DNA from: Nitrosopumilus sp.
GTDB lineage: Archaea; Thermoproteota; Nitrososphaeria; Nitrososphaerales; Nitrosopumilaceae
DNA length: 64,000 nt
Assembly (NCBI GenBank): GCA_965206745.1
Contig: OZ242220.1
Coordinates: forward strand, 1,184,001-1,248,000
Direction of reading: 5' to 3'
The translations under genes and the position numbers were made by a program. Positions 30,128-41,100 of the stretch are shown here, piece after piece; within the stretch, counting starts at the first letter, position 1; the number at the start of each line of letters is the position of its first letter. The notes below the pieces were generated by a model that was given only the letters and a program-made list of their open reading frames with translations, ran no database searches and was not told where the DNA came from.

Positions 30128-31204
30128 CTAGCAAAAATTTTGAGTAATGTACACTTTATCATCAGAGGAAATCACCACACCAATTCCTTCTCTGTCGTAT
30201 GTTGCTGTCAGAATATTTTTTCGGTGACCCGGAGAATCCATCCACCCATCGACTGTGGATTTAGTCAAGTCATCCAGAGAATTCCAATCATAAGATGTGG
30301 GTATGCCATTAACATGCCAGAATGTATCATACAGATTGTTTTGGAAGATATTTTCTGCAATGCCACTATAAATTAGATTTCCAACTATTTTGCGGCACTG
30401 ATATCCTACCGATGTACCCCTATCCGTAGGATCATATCCTTCAGGGGTTTGATGAGAAAAATAATCTCGCGTTGCCATGTCCCTGCTATGTTTTCTTGCA
30501 ACGTCAGATAATTGCCCATCCCAGGACAATGCCTTGAGATCGTTTTGGATACGATATTGATTAGTGAGACTGTGAACCTGCCTTTCCAATTCTCCTGCAT
30601 CAATTACGGGTTTGTTGTTAACAGGGTTATTTTCTTGAACTGTTTTAGGAATACCAGCAGTGTCATCTACTATGTCATCTGTTGTGGTTGGTTCAACTGG
30701 AGCAATCTGCTCACTGATGGTATCTGGAATACCAGCAGTGTCATCTATTGAGAGCGGTTCAACTGGAGCAATCTGCTCACTGATGGTATCTGGAATACCA
30801 GCAGTGTCATCTATTGGGAGCGGTTCAACTGGAGCAATCTGCTCACTGATGGTATCTGGAATACCAGCAGTGTCATCTATCAAGCCAGCTGGAAGTTGTG
30901 ATTTTATGAGGACAGGTTGTTGATCAATTATCTCCCTTATTTTTGATACCGTCTCTTTAGTGATATTTTTTGCTGTATTACTAGCATCCTGAATTATCTT
31001 GGGGGCATTTTGAATTGTCGTATCAAAAAATCCCTGATACCATAAAAAGAATCCAAATCCCACAATTAATACAAAAACAATCCCCACCATGACGGGTTTT
31101 GTTTTGTTTCCAGAATGCTTGGAATTTGGGTTATGGCCAACGCCATCATATCGATTGTCATATTTTCCTCCTACCCACCCTCTCCAATCATCAGGATCAT
31201 CCAT
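30128..31204 (-). CDS. Membrane-anchored CAP/SCP domain protein with repeat stalk
   Basis: TM helix; LTNQYR...ARKHSRDM...YFSH, AENI, WMDSPGHRKNIL, TQNFC. Confidence 0.92.
   Translation of the reverse strand: MDDPDDWRGWVGGKYDNRYDGVGHNPNSKHSGNKTKPVMVGIVFVLIVGFGFFLWYQGFFDTTIQNAPKIIQDASNTAKNITKETVSKIREIIDQQPVLIKSQLPAGLIDDTAGIPDTISEQIAPVEPLPIDDTAGIPDTISEQIAPVEPLSIDDTAGIPDTISEQIAPVEPTTTDDIVDDTAGIPKTVQENNPVNNKPVIDAGELERQVHSLTNQYRIQNDLKALSWDGQLSDVARKHSRDMATRDYFSHQTPEGYDPTDRGTSVGYQCRKIVGNLIYSGIAENIFQNNLYDTFWHVNGIPTSYDWNSLDDLTKSTVDGWMDSPGHRKNILTATYDREGIGVVISSDDKVYITQNFC
30690..30880 (-). repeat. In-frame near-perfect tandem repeat, 66 nt x ~2.9 (IDDTAGIPDTISEQIAPVEPL[P/S])
   Basis: Copies start on the + strand at 30690, 30756 and 30822; extra partial copy near 30648-30669. 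Confidence 0.93.
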
Positions 31205-31354
31205 TCTAATGATGTCAATGATGATCTATGTAACCTAAGTGATCTGTAAACCATTGAGAATTGCAAGTTCAACGCATCCATAAATCTCCTGCAACAAATT
31301 AGCAGGCCCTCGGAATTGCATTATTATTATATCTGAAATCACCTATGAAGAGGC

Positions 31355-32632
31355 ATGATAATACAAAATTTTGATGACTTGGCAACTACAGAGAAGAGAA
31401 AGGATTGTCTGGAGATTTTAGAGGCAGGACTGCAAGCAGCAAATCCAGAAAATATCATTCCAAAATTTGTGGCGCCAAGTGAAATCAAGGTTAACGGAAC
31501 CTCATTGAATCTTGGGAAATATTCAAGCATCTATTCAGTGGCCTTTGGCAAGGCAGGAGATACAATGACTAGGGCACTAAATGCAGTTGTCCAGATAAAA
31601 AGCGGAATCATAGTTATTCCAAAGGGCTCAAAATCAATAATCAAGGGTAAAAAATTCCAGATTTTTAATTCCAGGCATCCAAAACCGGATAAAACAAGTG
31701 TGAAGGCGGCAAAAGAAGTCATGAAATTTGTCCAAAACAGGCGCAGTGACGAATTAATAATTTTTCTGGTCTCTGGTGGCGGCTCTTCACTTTTGGCAAT
31801 GCCTGATGAAATTACCCTAGAAGACAAAGTTCACGTAACTGACGTTTTGTTGAAATCAGGTGCGACCATTCAAGAATTCAACTGCATTAGAAAACACCTG
31901 TCAAAAATCAAGGGAGGCAAGCTTGTTGAAAATATGAAATGCCAAGGCGTGAGTTTGATAATGTCAGATGTTGAAGGTGACGATCTTTCATCCATTGCAT
32001 CAGGTACTACATACATGGATGACACCACATATGCAGATGCACTGGGAATTATTGACAAATATAAAATAAGATGGAAAATGCCAGATGAGGTTTTAAAATT
32101 ATTAGAAGACAGAAGGGATAAAGAGCAAGCAGAGACTTTGGAAAAAAACAGAATTGAAAACCATGTCATTGCAAATAATGATGATTGCCTGAATGCCATG
32201 CAAGAGAAGGCAGCGGAAATTGGATACACAGTTGACGTAATGCATGTTTTTGGAGACATCAAAGAGGCAGTGACAAGAATTCTTGAAAAAATTTCAGCCA
32301 GCAAAAAAACATGTATTATTTTTGGAGGAGAAACCACAGTCAAAGTCTTAGGGAAAGGAATGGGTGGAAGAAATCAAGAGATGGTTTTGAGGCTGCTAAA
32401 GAACACTCAGAAAATGAAAAAAATGGCAATATCATCTGCCGGGACAGACGGAGTTGATGGCAATTCAGTTTTTGCCGGAGCAATCACAGAAAACATGAAA
32501 ATAGATTTGGATACAATGAAAGAGTTCCTAAAAAATAACGATTCGGGAAGATTCTTTCAAAAACAGAGAGGCAACATCAGAACAAACCCGACCCACACAA
32601 ATCTCATGGATATAGGCGTGATTTTAAGATGA
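31355..32632 (+). CDS. Glycerate kinase type 2 (MOFRL family)
   Basis: FGKAG, SGGGSSL, RKHLSKIKGG, SDVEGD, GGETTV, GGRNQE, GTDGVDG, TNLMD. Confidence 0.92.
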   Translation: MIIQNFDDLATTEKRKDCLEILEAGLQAANPENIIPKFVAPSEIKVNGTSLNLGKYSSIYSVAFGKAGDTMTRALNAVVQIKSGIIVIPKGSKSIIKGKKFQIFNSRHPKPDKTSVKAAKEVMKFVQNRRSDELIIFLVSGGGSSLLAMPDEITLEDKVHVTDVLLKSGATIQEFNCIRKHLSKIKGGKLVENMKCQGVSLIMSDVEGDDLSSIASGTTYMDDTTYADALGIIDKYKIRWKMPDEVLKLLEDRRDKEQAETLEKNRIENHVIANNDDCLNAMQEKAAEIGYTVDVMHVFGDIKEAVTRILEKISASKKTCIIFGGETTVKVLGKGMGGRNQEMVLRLLKNTQKMKKMAISSAGTDGVDGNSVFAGAITENMKIDLDTMKEFLKNNDSGRFFQKQRGNIRTNPTHTNLMDIGVILR

Positions 32633-32685
32633 TATATCGAAAAATAACCTAAAAAATAGCAAATTTTTGGATTTTAATTAAACAA

Positions 32686-32844
32686 ATGGCTACTCAGAAA
32701 GCAGAGTCCTTCAAATATCACAATTGCCTAAATTAGCGTATGATAAAAAATGAACATGGATTTTGCAATGACGTATCCTGCAAATGTGACTGCCATGAGG
32801 GATCAAGTTTTAGAAGGGGAAACAGGAAGAGACAGTATTGCTAG
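32686..32844 (+). pseudogene. Cys/His-rich micro-ORF interrupted by in-frame TAG (or a 34-aa ORF from ATG 32740)
   Basis: MATQKAESFKYHNCLN*RMIKNEHGFCNDVSCKCDCHEG...; TAG at 32734-32736. Confidence 0.35.
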
Positions 32845-33074
32845 AGAAACAATTCAACCCAGAGATACTATACAGCAGAGTGGTTCATTTCTATATCGAT
32901 AAGAAGGGATACACAAAAGACAAAGCAAATGAGATTGCCCAGTCTGTGGTGCAAAAAGAATCTCAAAGAAGGATTTGTAAAAATGACAAATGCAGGCATT
33001 TCTCGCATGATCATATCAGAAACGCAGAGACATGCCTGGCAGATGATTGCCAATGCAAAGAATTTACAAAGTAA
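32838..33074 (+). CDS. Small hypothetical protein with C-terminal Cys/His cluster
   Basis: ICKNDKCRHFSHDH...CLADDCQCKEF. Confidence 0.7.
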   Translation: MLEKQFNPEILYSRVVHFYIDKKGYTKDKANEIAQSVVQKESQRRICKNDKCRHFSHDHIRNAETCLADDCQCKEFTK

Positions 33075-33076
33075 GA

Positions 33077-34048
33077 TTATCGCAAGGAGTTTTCCAGCAG
33101 AGGTTGCGCATTAATTCCCCTCTTCTTCAAATCGGCAGCAAATTCATCAACAAAACCATGTATGGTATAGACTTGCTCTGCTCCAGATTGAATCACCATG
33201 TCAATTAATTCATTGTAATCACAATGATCACTGATTGGGATTGAATAGTCGGTTCTACGTCCAAAAGAAAATTTTGTTGATTGTGCCCATCCGCTAAAAC
33301 CAATTGTTACAGCACCGTATTTGGATTTCATATCTTGAACAAATTTATTTTTACTAGACAGCACGGGTGCAACCATGACCCAAGGCTTTTTTTCTAGCAA
33401 TCCATTTTTTTCAGCCTCAGTATGACCAATTCCATCATAAAGAGGCACGCCAAATTTTCGATGCAAGGCATTCATGTCTTTTACAGAATCATGCAGATAC
33501 AACGGTCCCCAATGACCAAAGAACTGAGTGATGGTTTGGGCCTTGCCTAATTGATATCCCATCAAAATTACAGGAATGCCCTTGCCATAAAGTTCAGAAA
33601 TCAGTTGATTTACCTGTTTTAATGTGTCCTCAAGTTTAGGGAAGACAAATTCAGGCAGGCCAAAGGTGCACTCGGTGATCAGGGTTTTGCATCTTGGAAT
33701 TTTGGCACCCTTGAGAAATCCACGATCTCTAGTACAGACATCGCCGGTGTAAAAGATATCATCAAAAAGCAATCCCTTTGCACCCAGAATATGCCCACTG
33801 TCAACTAGGGAGAAATCATCTAATGACTCCACATGATTTTCCATCTTAAATCCTCGAAGATTGGCGATCTCATTGGTCTCAATAGAGGATAAAATAGTGC
33901 CACCATTTTTTGATGGAAGATGATCAGAATGTGCATGAGATACAAAGTTTATCCCATTTACATCACTATTTTTTGGATCCAAGTAGACTCGGTGTCTGCC
34001 GACCTCACAGAGGATTCCATTTTTTGTCTTCCTAACTTTGCTAGGCAA
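33077..34048 (-). CDS. MBL-fold beta-CASP-like exonuclease
   Basis: SHAHSDH, GHILGA, YTGD, ECTFGLP, GKAQ, SDHCD, IHGF. Confidence 0.9.
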   Translation of the reverse strand: MPSKVRKTKNGILCEVGRHRVYLDPKNSDVNGINFVSHAHSDHLPSKNGGTILSSIETNEIANLRGFKMENHVESLDDFSLVDSGHILGAKGLLFDDIFYTGDVCTRDRGFLKGAKIPRCKTLITECTFGLPEFVFPKLEDTLKQVNQLISELYGKGIPVILMGYQLGKAQTITQFFGHWGPLYLHDSVKDMNALHRKFGVPLYDGIGHTEAEKNGLLEKKPWVMVAPVLSSKNKFVQDMKSKYGAVTIGFSGWAQSTKFSFGRRTDYSIPISDHCDYNELIDMVIQSGAEQVYTIHGFVDEFAADLKKRGINAQPLLENSLR

Positions 34049-34106
34049 TGAAAATCAAGTCAGGTGGATTTGATATAAATTGCAGGTTTGATCCACTGTT
34101 GACTAA

Positions 34107-34724
34107 TTGCTAAATCTAGGAATTCTAATCTCAGGTCGTGGGAGCAACATGGAGGCCATCCTAAAGACAGTCAAGAAAAAAAAGATCCCAATCAACCCAG
34201 CAATAGTAATTTCCAACAAACAAGATGCCAAGGGCCTAAAGATTGCAGAGAAGATGGGAGTTAAAATCGAGATTATCAAAAGTGAGGGATTCAAAGGAAG
34301 CAGGGCAGAGTATGATAAAAAAGTGATCTCCGTCCTAACAAAATACGGCGTCACGCCAAAAAATGGGCTTGTGTGTCTCGCAGGATTTATGAGGATAATC
34401 AGCCCAGAATTTGTAAAAAAATACAGAAACAGAATAATTAACATCCATCCAGCTCTGCTACCGGCATTTCCAGGACTGAATTCACAAAAACAGGCATTGG
34501 ATTACGGTGCCAAAGTATCAGGGTGTTCGGTGCATTTTGTAGATGCAGGAATGGACACAGGCCCAGTGATCATTCAAGCCGCAGTCAAAATTAGCAAAGA
34601 TGATACTGAAGAGTCACTATCAAAAAGAATTCTAAAGGAGGAGCACAGAATCTATCCTGAAGCAATCAACCTGTTTGCTAGGAAAAAAATCAAAGTCTCA
34701 GGCAGAAGAACAGTAATTAGTTAA
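34107..34724 (+). CDS. purN: Phosphoribosylglycinamide formyltransferase
   Basis: ISGRGSNM, LAGFMRI, INIHPALLP, GCSVHFV, DTGPVI, EHRIYP. Confidence 0.96.
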   Translation: MLNLGILISGRGSNMEAILKTVKKKKIPINPAIVISNKQDAKGLKIAEKMGVKIEIIKSEGFKGSRAEYDKKVISVLTKYGVTPKNGLVCLAGFMRIISPEFVKKYRNRIINIHPALLPAFPGLNSQKQALDYGAKVSGCSVHFVDAGMDTGPVIIQAAVKISKDDTEESLSKRILKEEHRIYPEAINLFARKKIKVSGRRTVIS

Positions 34725-35047
34725 GAGTCAGGACCACCAAAAAAATACAAAACTCTGAGTTCCTTTGTATTTCCATGGAAGCAATGCGCCACATCTTTTG
34801 CAACAAAAAATAATCGATCTTTGGTTACTTTGTAATCCTTGTCTTTAATTTTTAAAAAGCCATTGCCAGCGATGACATAGTATACCTCATCACTGTCATG
34901 TGGTGTTTGGGTGTCTTGCTCACCAGGTTTTAGGACCATAATTCCAGCAGCCAAGCTGTCCTTATTGATAAAAGTGCGAAAGCAAGAACTACTGTTTCTT
35001 ATTTTTTCTAGATATGCATCCAAATCATACTCTAGCTTCAATTTCAT
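34721..35047 (-). CDS. Cupin domain protein
   Basis: QTPHDSDEVYYVIAG...AHCFH. Confidence 0.85.
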   Translation of the reverse strand: MKLKLEYDLDAYLEKIRNSSSCFRTFINKDSLAAGIMVLKPGEQDTQTPHDSDEVYYVIAGNGFLKIKDKDYKVTKDRLFFVAKDVAHCFHGNTKELRVLYFFGGPDS

Positions 35048-35367
35048 TCAGCTTCTACTGTGTATGTCTTTCTCTGAGGATCAGCACTCATAAAAGAATG
35101 CCCGACAGGATGAATTTTTTCATGTTCAGGACTTTGGTGCATCTTGATAAAAGTCTCCTTGCTTTGATGTTCAACGAGGATCCTATAGCTGCCATCAGAT
35201 GATTTTAAGAGTCTTCTAGAGACAAATCCAGGAAAATTACACAAGGTCTTGTTTGATTCTGCAATCCAATTCTTAAAATCACCTTCTGCCCCATCTTTGA
35301 GTTGAATATCGGCAATCATTACAAACATGACATAACTGGAAAGATGGCCATTTAATTTCTTTTCCAA
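35044..35367 (-). CDS. Antibiotic-biosynthesis-monooxygenase (ABM) family protein; true start probably ~35330
   Basis: FPGFVSRRLL...SKETFIKMHQSPEH dimeric alpha-beta barrel pattern. Confidence 0.8.
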   Translation of the reverse strand: MEKKLNGHLSSYVMFVMIADIQLKDGAEGDFKNWIAESNKTLCNFPGFVSRRLLKSSDGSYRILVEHQSKETFIKMHQSPEHEKIHPVGHSFMSADPQRKTYTVEAE

Positions 35368-35418
35368 GATATTGCTGAAATTCCAAGGATTAAATATCTA
35401 CAAGGCAAAAAACAGTTC

Positions 35419-36279
35419 ATGACAGGGGTTAGAATTGACGGCATAGTTATCGCCCAGACAGTCAAAGATAGGGTCAAAAAGGCAGCAGATGAGCTGAAAA
35501 ATCAAGGCATTCTGCCTTGTCTGGCCACAGTATTAATTGGAGATAATCCAGCTTCTGCCACATATGTTAGAAACAAGCACAGGGCATGCCAAGAAGTAGG
35601 CATTGCTACAAAAGATCACAAGCTTGATGCCAGCATAACTCAATCCGAATTGACCAAAATTATTGACAAATTAAATACAGACAGCACGGTTCACGGCATT
35701 CTGGTTCAGCTTCCACTGCCAAAGCAACTTGATGAATTTGCAACGACATCAAAAATATCACCACTAAAAGATGTGGACGGCTTGACACCCCATAATGCAG
35801 GTTTGCTTGCCATGGGAAAGGCAATGCTGGTTGCATGCACACCATTGGGAGTAATGGAGATGTTTGATTATCACGGAATAGACTTGGAAGGAAGGAATGT
35901 TGTGTTGATTAACCGGAGCAACCTGGTAGGAAAACCACTGCATCATCTGCTATTGGAAAAAAACGCCACGGTACTAACATGTCACTCTAAAACAAAAAAT
36001 TTGGTTGAGCTGTGTCAAAATGCAGACATCATTATCACGGCAGTAGGAGACAGGAGCAAGTTCACACTGACACCAGAGATGATCAAAGAAGGCGCAACGA
36101 TAATCGATGTTGCAATTTCAAGATTTCAAGAAAAACTAGTCGGAGATTCAAACTATGAGGACATAATTCAAAAGGCATCCTTTGCAACACCGGTTCCAGG
36201 AGGAGTCGGACCCATGACAGTTGCAATGCTATTGAAAAACACCATAACTGCAGCGTCATTGAGTAGTCAAATTGGATAG
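35419..36279 (+). CDS. folD: Bifunctional methylene-THF dehydrogenase/cyclohydrolase
   Basis: YVRNK, HGILVQLPLP, KDVDGL, CTPLG, TPVPGGVGPMT. Confidence 0.96.
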   Translation: MTGVRIDGIVIAQTVKDRVKKAADELKNQGILPCLATVLIGDNPASATYVRNKHRACQEVGIATKDHKLDASITQSELTKIIDKLNTDSTVHGILVQLPLPKQLDEFATTSKISPLKDVDGLTPHNAGLLAMGKAMLVACTPLGVMEMFDYHGIDLEGRNVVLINRSNLVGKPLHHLLLEKNATVLTCHSKTKNLVELCQNADIIITAVGDRSKFTLTPEMIKEGATIIDVAISRFQEKLVGDSNYEDIIQKASFATPVPGGVGPMTVAMLLKNTITAASLSSQIG

Positions 36280-36832
36280 TACAGAAAAAGAGTCATTGCG
36301 AAATCGTCTTTTGCAAACAAGAGACAACACATCTTTTGACCTATTAAAAATTGCAAGTGCAAGTATCCAGAAAAGACTAAAGAAGATCTATGCTTTTAAA
36401 AATGCCCAGAAAATTGGAGTGTATTACCCAATAGGAAGTGAGATCCCCACTCAGGACATAATTCAGGAATTACTCAGCCAAGGAAAGGAAGTATTTCTGC
36501 CCAAGGTTGCCGATAAAACCATGGAATTTAGAAAGATTGCCGATTTTTCAAGCCTAGAGCACGGTAGTTTTGACATCATGGAGCCAAAAGATGATTGTCC
36601 TGCAGATAGCAATCTAGATGTCATGCTAGTGCCCACAGTAGGGATAGATCCTAGCGGAGTCAGATTAGGATACGGTTACGGGTTCTACGACAAGTATCTG
36701 GCAGAAAATAAAACCACAACCATCTCCCTGACCCTAGAGAAGCAGATCATCAAAAAGATTCCAAAATCAGATCACGATGTCATAATTGATTGGATTGTCA
36801 CAGAAGACAAAATGATGCAAACTCAAAGATAG
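36272..36832 (+). CDS. 5-formyltetrahydrofolate cyclo-ligase
   Basis: RLGYGYGFYDKYL motif; follows folD. Confidence 0.92.
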   Translation: MDSTEKESLRNRLLQTRDNTSFDLLKIASASIQKRLKKIYAFKNAQKIGVYYPIGSEIPTQDIIQELLSQGKEVFLPKVADKTMEFRKIADFSSLEHGSFDIMEPKDDCPADSNLDVMLVPTVGIDPSGVRLGYGYGFYDKYLAENKTTTISLTLEKQIIKKIPKSDHDVIIDWIVTEDKMMQTQR

Positions 36833-38106
36833 GAGAGTCCCTTTTGACCAATGTCTTTGCGGTTAAACTTCTGAGGCCATGTGATTTTTTCAGTAGCGGC
36901 ATACGCATTGGCAATTGCAGATTCTAGCGTGTCACCCAATGCAGTTACGCCCAGCACACGCCCGCCATTTGATAGAATTTTGCCATCAGATTTTTTCGTA
37001 CCAGCATGGAAAATAATGGCGCCATCAGCAACAGAATCAAACCCAGTGATTTGATCACCTTTGGAATAGGCTTCTGGGTATCCCTGTGATGCCAAGACAA
37101 CGCATACTGCATATTGTGATCTCCAAGTTGCAGGAGGCAAGGAGGACAGCGTTCCATCAACGCTTGCTGCAAGATAATCATACAAATCAAAGTCCATCCT
37201 CATGACGATTGGTTGACACTCGGGATCCCCCATTCTAACATTATACTCTAAAACAAATGGCCTGCCATCTCGAATCATGACGCCTGCATACAAAAATCCC
37301 TTGAACAGAATTCCTTCCTTTTTCATTGCGTGTATGGTTTTTTCAATGATCTCCTCCTGGATTACTTTTGCCAAATCTTCATCAATGACGGGAGTCGGAG
37401 AGTACGCACCCATTCCTCCAGTGTTAGGACCCTCATCATTATCAAAAATCCTCTTGTGATCCTGACTGGATGCCATAGGTATGGCAACATCCCCATCTGA
37501 AAGGGCAATGTATGAGGCCTCAACTCCGTCAATTCTTTCCTCAACGATGATTCTGTTTCCTGCATCACCAAATGCCTTGTTTACCAGAATTGTTTGGATT
37601 GCAGATATTGCCTCATCATTGCCATTGCAGACAATCACACCCTTGCCGGCTGCAAGACCATCAGCCTTTACAACCACATCATAATCAAGAGATTTGACGT
37701 ATTCTTGGGCCCTTTGAGCATCATCGAAAATCTCAAAACGGGCAGTCGGGATATCGTTTCGCTTCATAAAGTCCTTTGCCCAAATCTTACTGGATTCAAG
37801 ATGGGCAGCATGCTGGGAAGGTCCAAAAACCCTGAGGTTTAGCTTGTTGAATTTATCAACAATTCCCGCAGCCAGTGGATCCTCAGGTCCAACTACGGTA
37901 AAGCAGTTGTTTTTTTGAGCAAAGTCTGCTAGTCCGTCTAAATCATCTACGCTTATTGGAACGTTATTGTCAGTTCCCCCGTTTCCAGGAGCAGTGAAGA
38001 CAGTTTCAACTTTACTGCTTTGGGACAGTTTCCATGATAAGGCATGCTCTCTTCCACCAGAACCAATGACTAGGATATTTACCAACAACAATGATCTCTT
38101 CCCCAA
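36823..38106 (-). CDS. purD: Phosphoribosylamine-glycine ligase
   Basis: GSGGREHAL, KADGLAAGKGV, QDHKR, NTGGMGAYSP, RMGDPE, GGRVL. Confidence 0.97.
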   Translation of the reverse strand: MGKRSLLLVNILVIGSGGREHALSWKLSQSSKVETVFTAPGNGGTDNNVPISVDDLDGLADFAQKNNCFTVVGPEDPLAAGIVDKFNKLNLRVFGPSQHAAHLESSKIWAKDFMKRNDIPTARFEIFDDAQRAQEYVKSLDYDVVVKADGLAAGKGVIVCNGNDEAISAIQTILVNKAFGDAGNRIIVEERIDGVEASYIALSDGDVAIPMASSQDHKRIFDNDEGPNTGGMGAYSPTPVIDEDLAKVIQEEIIEKTIHAMKKEGILFKGFLYAGVMIRDGRPFVLEYNVRMGDPECQPIVMRMDFDLYDYLAASVDGTLSSLPPATWRSQYAVCVVLASQGYPEAYSKGDQITGFDSVADGAIIFHAGTKKSDGKILSNGGRVLGVTALGDTLESAIANAYAATEKITWPQKFNRKDIGQKGLSYL

Positions 38107-38172
38107 TTATATAATCCAAGTCTCAATGAACCAATTTAGCTTTATAATGCCACAGACATATCAAAATTAAGA

Positions 38173-41100
38173 ATGGAACTTTTTACAAGATTTGATGCAA
38201 AGGCAATAGAATCTCAAGTTAGAGAGTACATCAAATCAATTGACTTGGAAAGGCAGATTCTTGCATCAGAGAAACCCGAAAAGATCCGATTTATCGAAGG
38301 CCCGCCTACAATGAATGGAATTCCACATGCAGGGCACCTTAGAGGCAGGGTGATCAAAGATTTCTGGTATAGGTTCAACACATTGCAGGGGAAGAAGATT
38401 CAGTTCAACGGCGGGTGGGACACGCAAGGGCTCCCAGTAGAACTGCAAGTCGAGAAAGAACTAGGAGTTACAGGAGGGAAAAACGAGGCCATCAAAGAGT
38501 TCGGAGTCGAAAGAATTGTGTCTGAATGTAAAAAGGTCGTAGAAAAGTTCAACAAGACATGGGTTGAAGTCGATGAACTGCTTGGAATGTCATTTAATCA
38601 TGAAAAAGCATATTGGACTTTTAGAGATGGGTTTATTGAAAGAGAATGGCAAGTTCTCAAAAAGGCATATGAAAATCAAATCCTAGAGGAAGACTTTACT
38701 GTAATTGCATACTGTCCCAGTTGTCAGACATCACTTAGCCATGCAGAAGTCAATCAAGGGTATGAGGAAGTCAAGGACCCGTCACTGTACTACAAGGTCA
38801 AGCTGGTAGATGAGGATGCATTCTTGATCGTATGGACAACAATGCCATTCACACTTGTCACTGACGCAATGGTCGGATTGAACCCAGAAGAAGACTATGC
38901 GTACATCAAAGTGGAGGGTGAAACATGGGTGGTAGGAAGAACAAGGCTAGAGGAATTTATGGTAGATGTAAAAATTAAAAAATATAGGGTTGAGAAAACA
39001 GCAAAAGGTTCAGAGTTTGAGGGAAAAAAGTACATCCACCCATTGCTAGATTTGATTCCAGAGCTAAAGGAGATTTCAAAATCAGATAACTACCACGTGG
39101 CAGTATCAGAGGCATTTGTAGATGCCAGTACGGGAAGCGGTCTGGTTCACCTCTCACCTGCAAATGGTGAGGAAGATATCAAAATTGCAAACAGACGCAG
39201 AGTTAAAGTTTTCAGCCCCATTGATGACGAGGTAAAATTCACAGAGAAGGCAGGCAAATATCAGGGAATGTTTGTCAGGGATGCTGACAGGCCAATAGTT
39301 GAGGATCTAAGAGGGTGCAATGCCCTAGTGAAGATTGGCAAGATCAAACACAAGTATCCATTATGCTGGAGGTCGCACCATCCAATTGTCTGGCTTGCAA
39401 GAAGGGGTTGGTTTTACAAACTAGACAGGCTAGGCAGCAAGGCAATTGACGCAGCAGAGAGTGTAGAGTACTTTTTTGAGCAGCCAAAAAACAGATTTCT
39501 TGGAATCATCAAGGAGAGACACCCATGGTGCATCTCTCGGGAAAGGATCTGGGGCTGTCCCCTGCCAGTTTGGAGTTGCAAAGATTGCGGTGAGAAAAAC
39601 TGGTTCTTTACAAGAAAGGACATTGTTGATTCGGCAGACAAATTGCCTGATGGACCCGACTTTGAGCTACACAGACCATGGATTGATAGCGTTACGATAA
39701 AATGTAAAAAATGTGGCAGTACAAATACAAAAAGAGAGGAATATGTTTTAGATACCTGGCATAACAGTGGCTCTGCACCATATTCATCACTGACTGATGA
39801 GGAATATGCAGATGAGATTCCGGCACCATTTTTCACAGAAGGCATTGATCAGACCAGAGGCTGGGCATACACGCTGCTGATCGAGAATGTGATCTTAAAG
39901 AATGCCGCAGCTCCGCCTTACAAGGCGTTCTTGTTTCAAGGACACGTATTAGATGAGAAAGGAGGAAAGATGAGCAAAAGCAAGGGCAATGTTCTAGAAG
40001 GAGCCAAATTACTTGAAGAGTACCCAGTCGACCTGATCAGATTCTATTTCATGTCAAAAGCAAGTCCGATTGAGCCGCTAAGTTTCAGCACAGATGAGTT
40101 GATGTCAAGGCCATACCAGGTAGTCAACACGTTATTTAACCTGCATCTGTACTTTCAGCAAAATAGCCAGTATGACAACTTTGGCCAAGCAAACACAATA
40201 GAGTGGGCAAGACAGAATGGTCTGCTAGCATCCCCGGACATATGGTTGCTATCCAAACTCCAAAAACTGATTCAAGTCCTGACTGAAAAGAACGAATCAT
40301 GCAGATTCCACGAGGGAGCAAAGGCAATTGACGATTTTATAATCAGCAACCTCAGTCAAATTTACATCCAAATTACCAGGGGGGAGCTGTGGGATGAAGA
40401 CGAGGGTAAGAAAGACAGAAGGCTTGCAATCTATGCAGTTCTAAGGGAGGTTCTAAAAACTCTGGATATTCTGATTCACCCGTTTTGTCCATTTACAAGC
40501 GAGCATCTTTACCAATCAATATTTGCAGAAAAGCCAGGCATCCTGCTTGAAAAGTGGCCTGTATACCAAGAAGAACTAGTCAACCAGAAAGTTGAAGAGT
40601 CATTTGACATCATGAAGGACGTCATATCTGTTTCATCAGCTGCTAGAATGAACGCAAAGCTAAAGAGAAGATGGCCATTAGATGAGGCGCAAATTTGCGT
40701 CAAGAAGGGCCATAAAAACAAGCTTGAGCAGCTATCAGAACTATTGCAATCCCAGCTAAATGTTGAAAAATTTACAATCACTGAGACAGAAAAAGAGTCA
40801 GGGCTAGAACAGATTCTAGAGTTAAAGCAATTGGGGCTGCCAGTCAAAGGAATGGTAGAGTTGGAAAGAAAACGAATCGGGCCAAAGGCAAAACACCACA
40901 TGGGAGAGCTTGTTTCTGCATTTAACCAAACCGACCCAGATGAAATAGTTTCGTCGTTGCAAAAAGATTCAAAGTATGATTTTAGCATCGATGGGGAAAC
41001 GATCTCGCTGGAGAAGGAGGATTTTGTAATAAATTTTGACGCAAGTGAAAATTTCGCCGTTGCAAAAAGAGACAGCAACATTGTGATAATCTCGACATCC

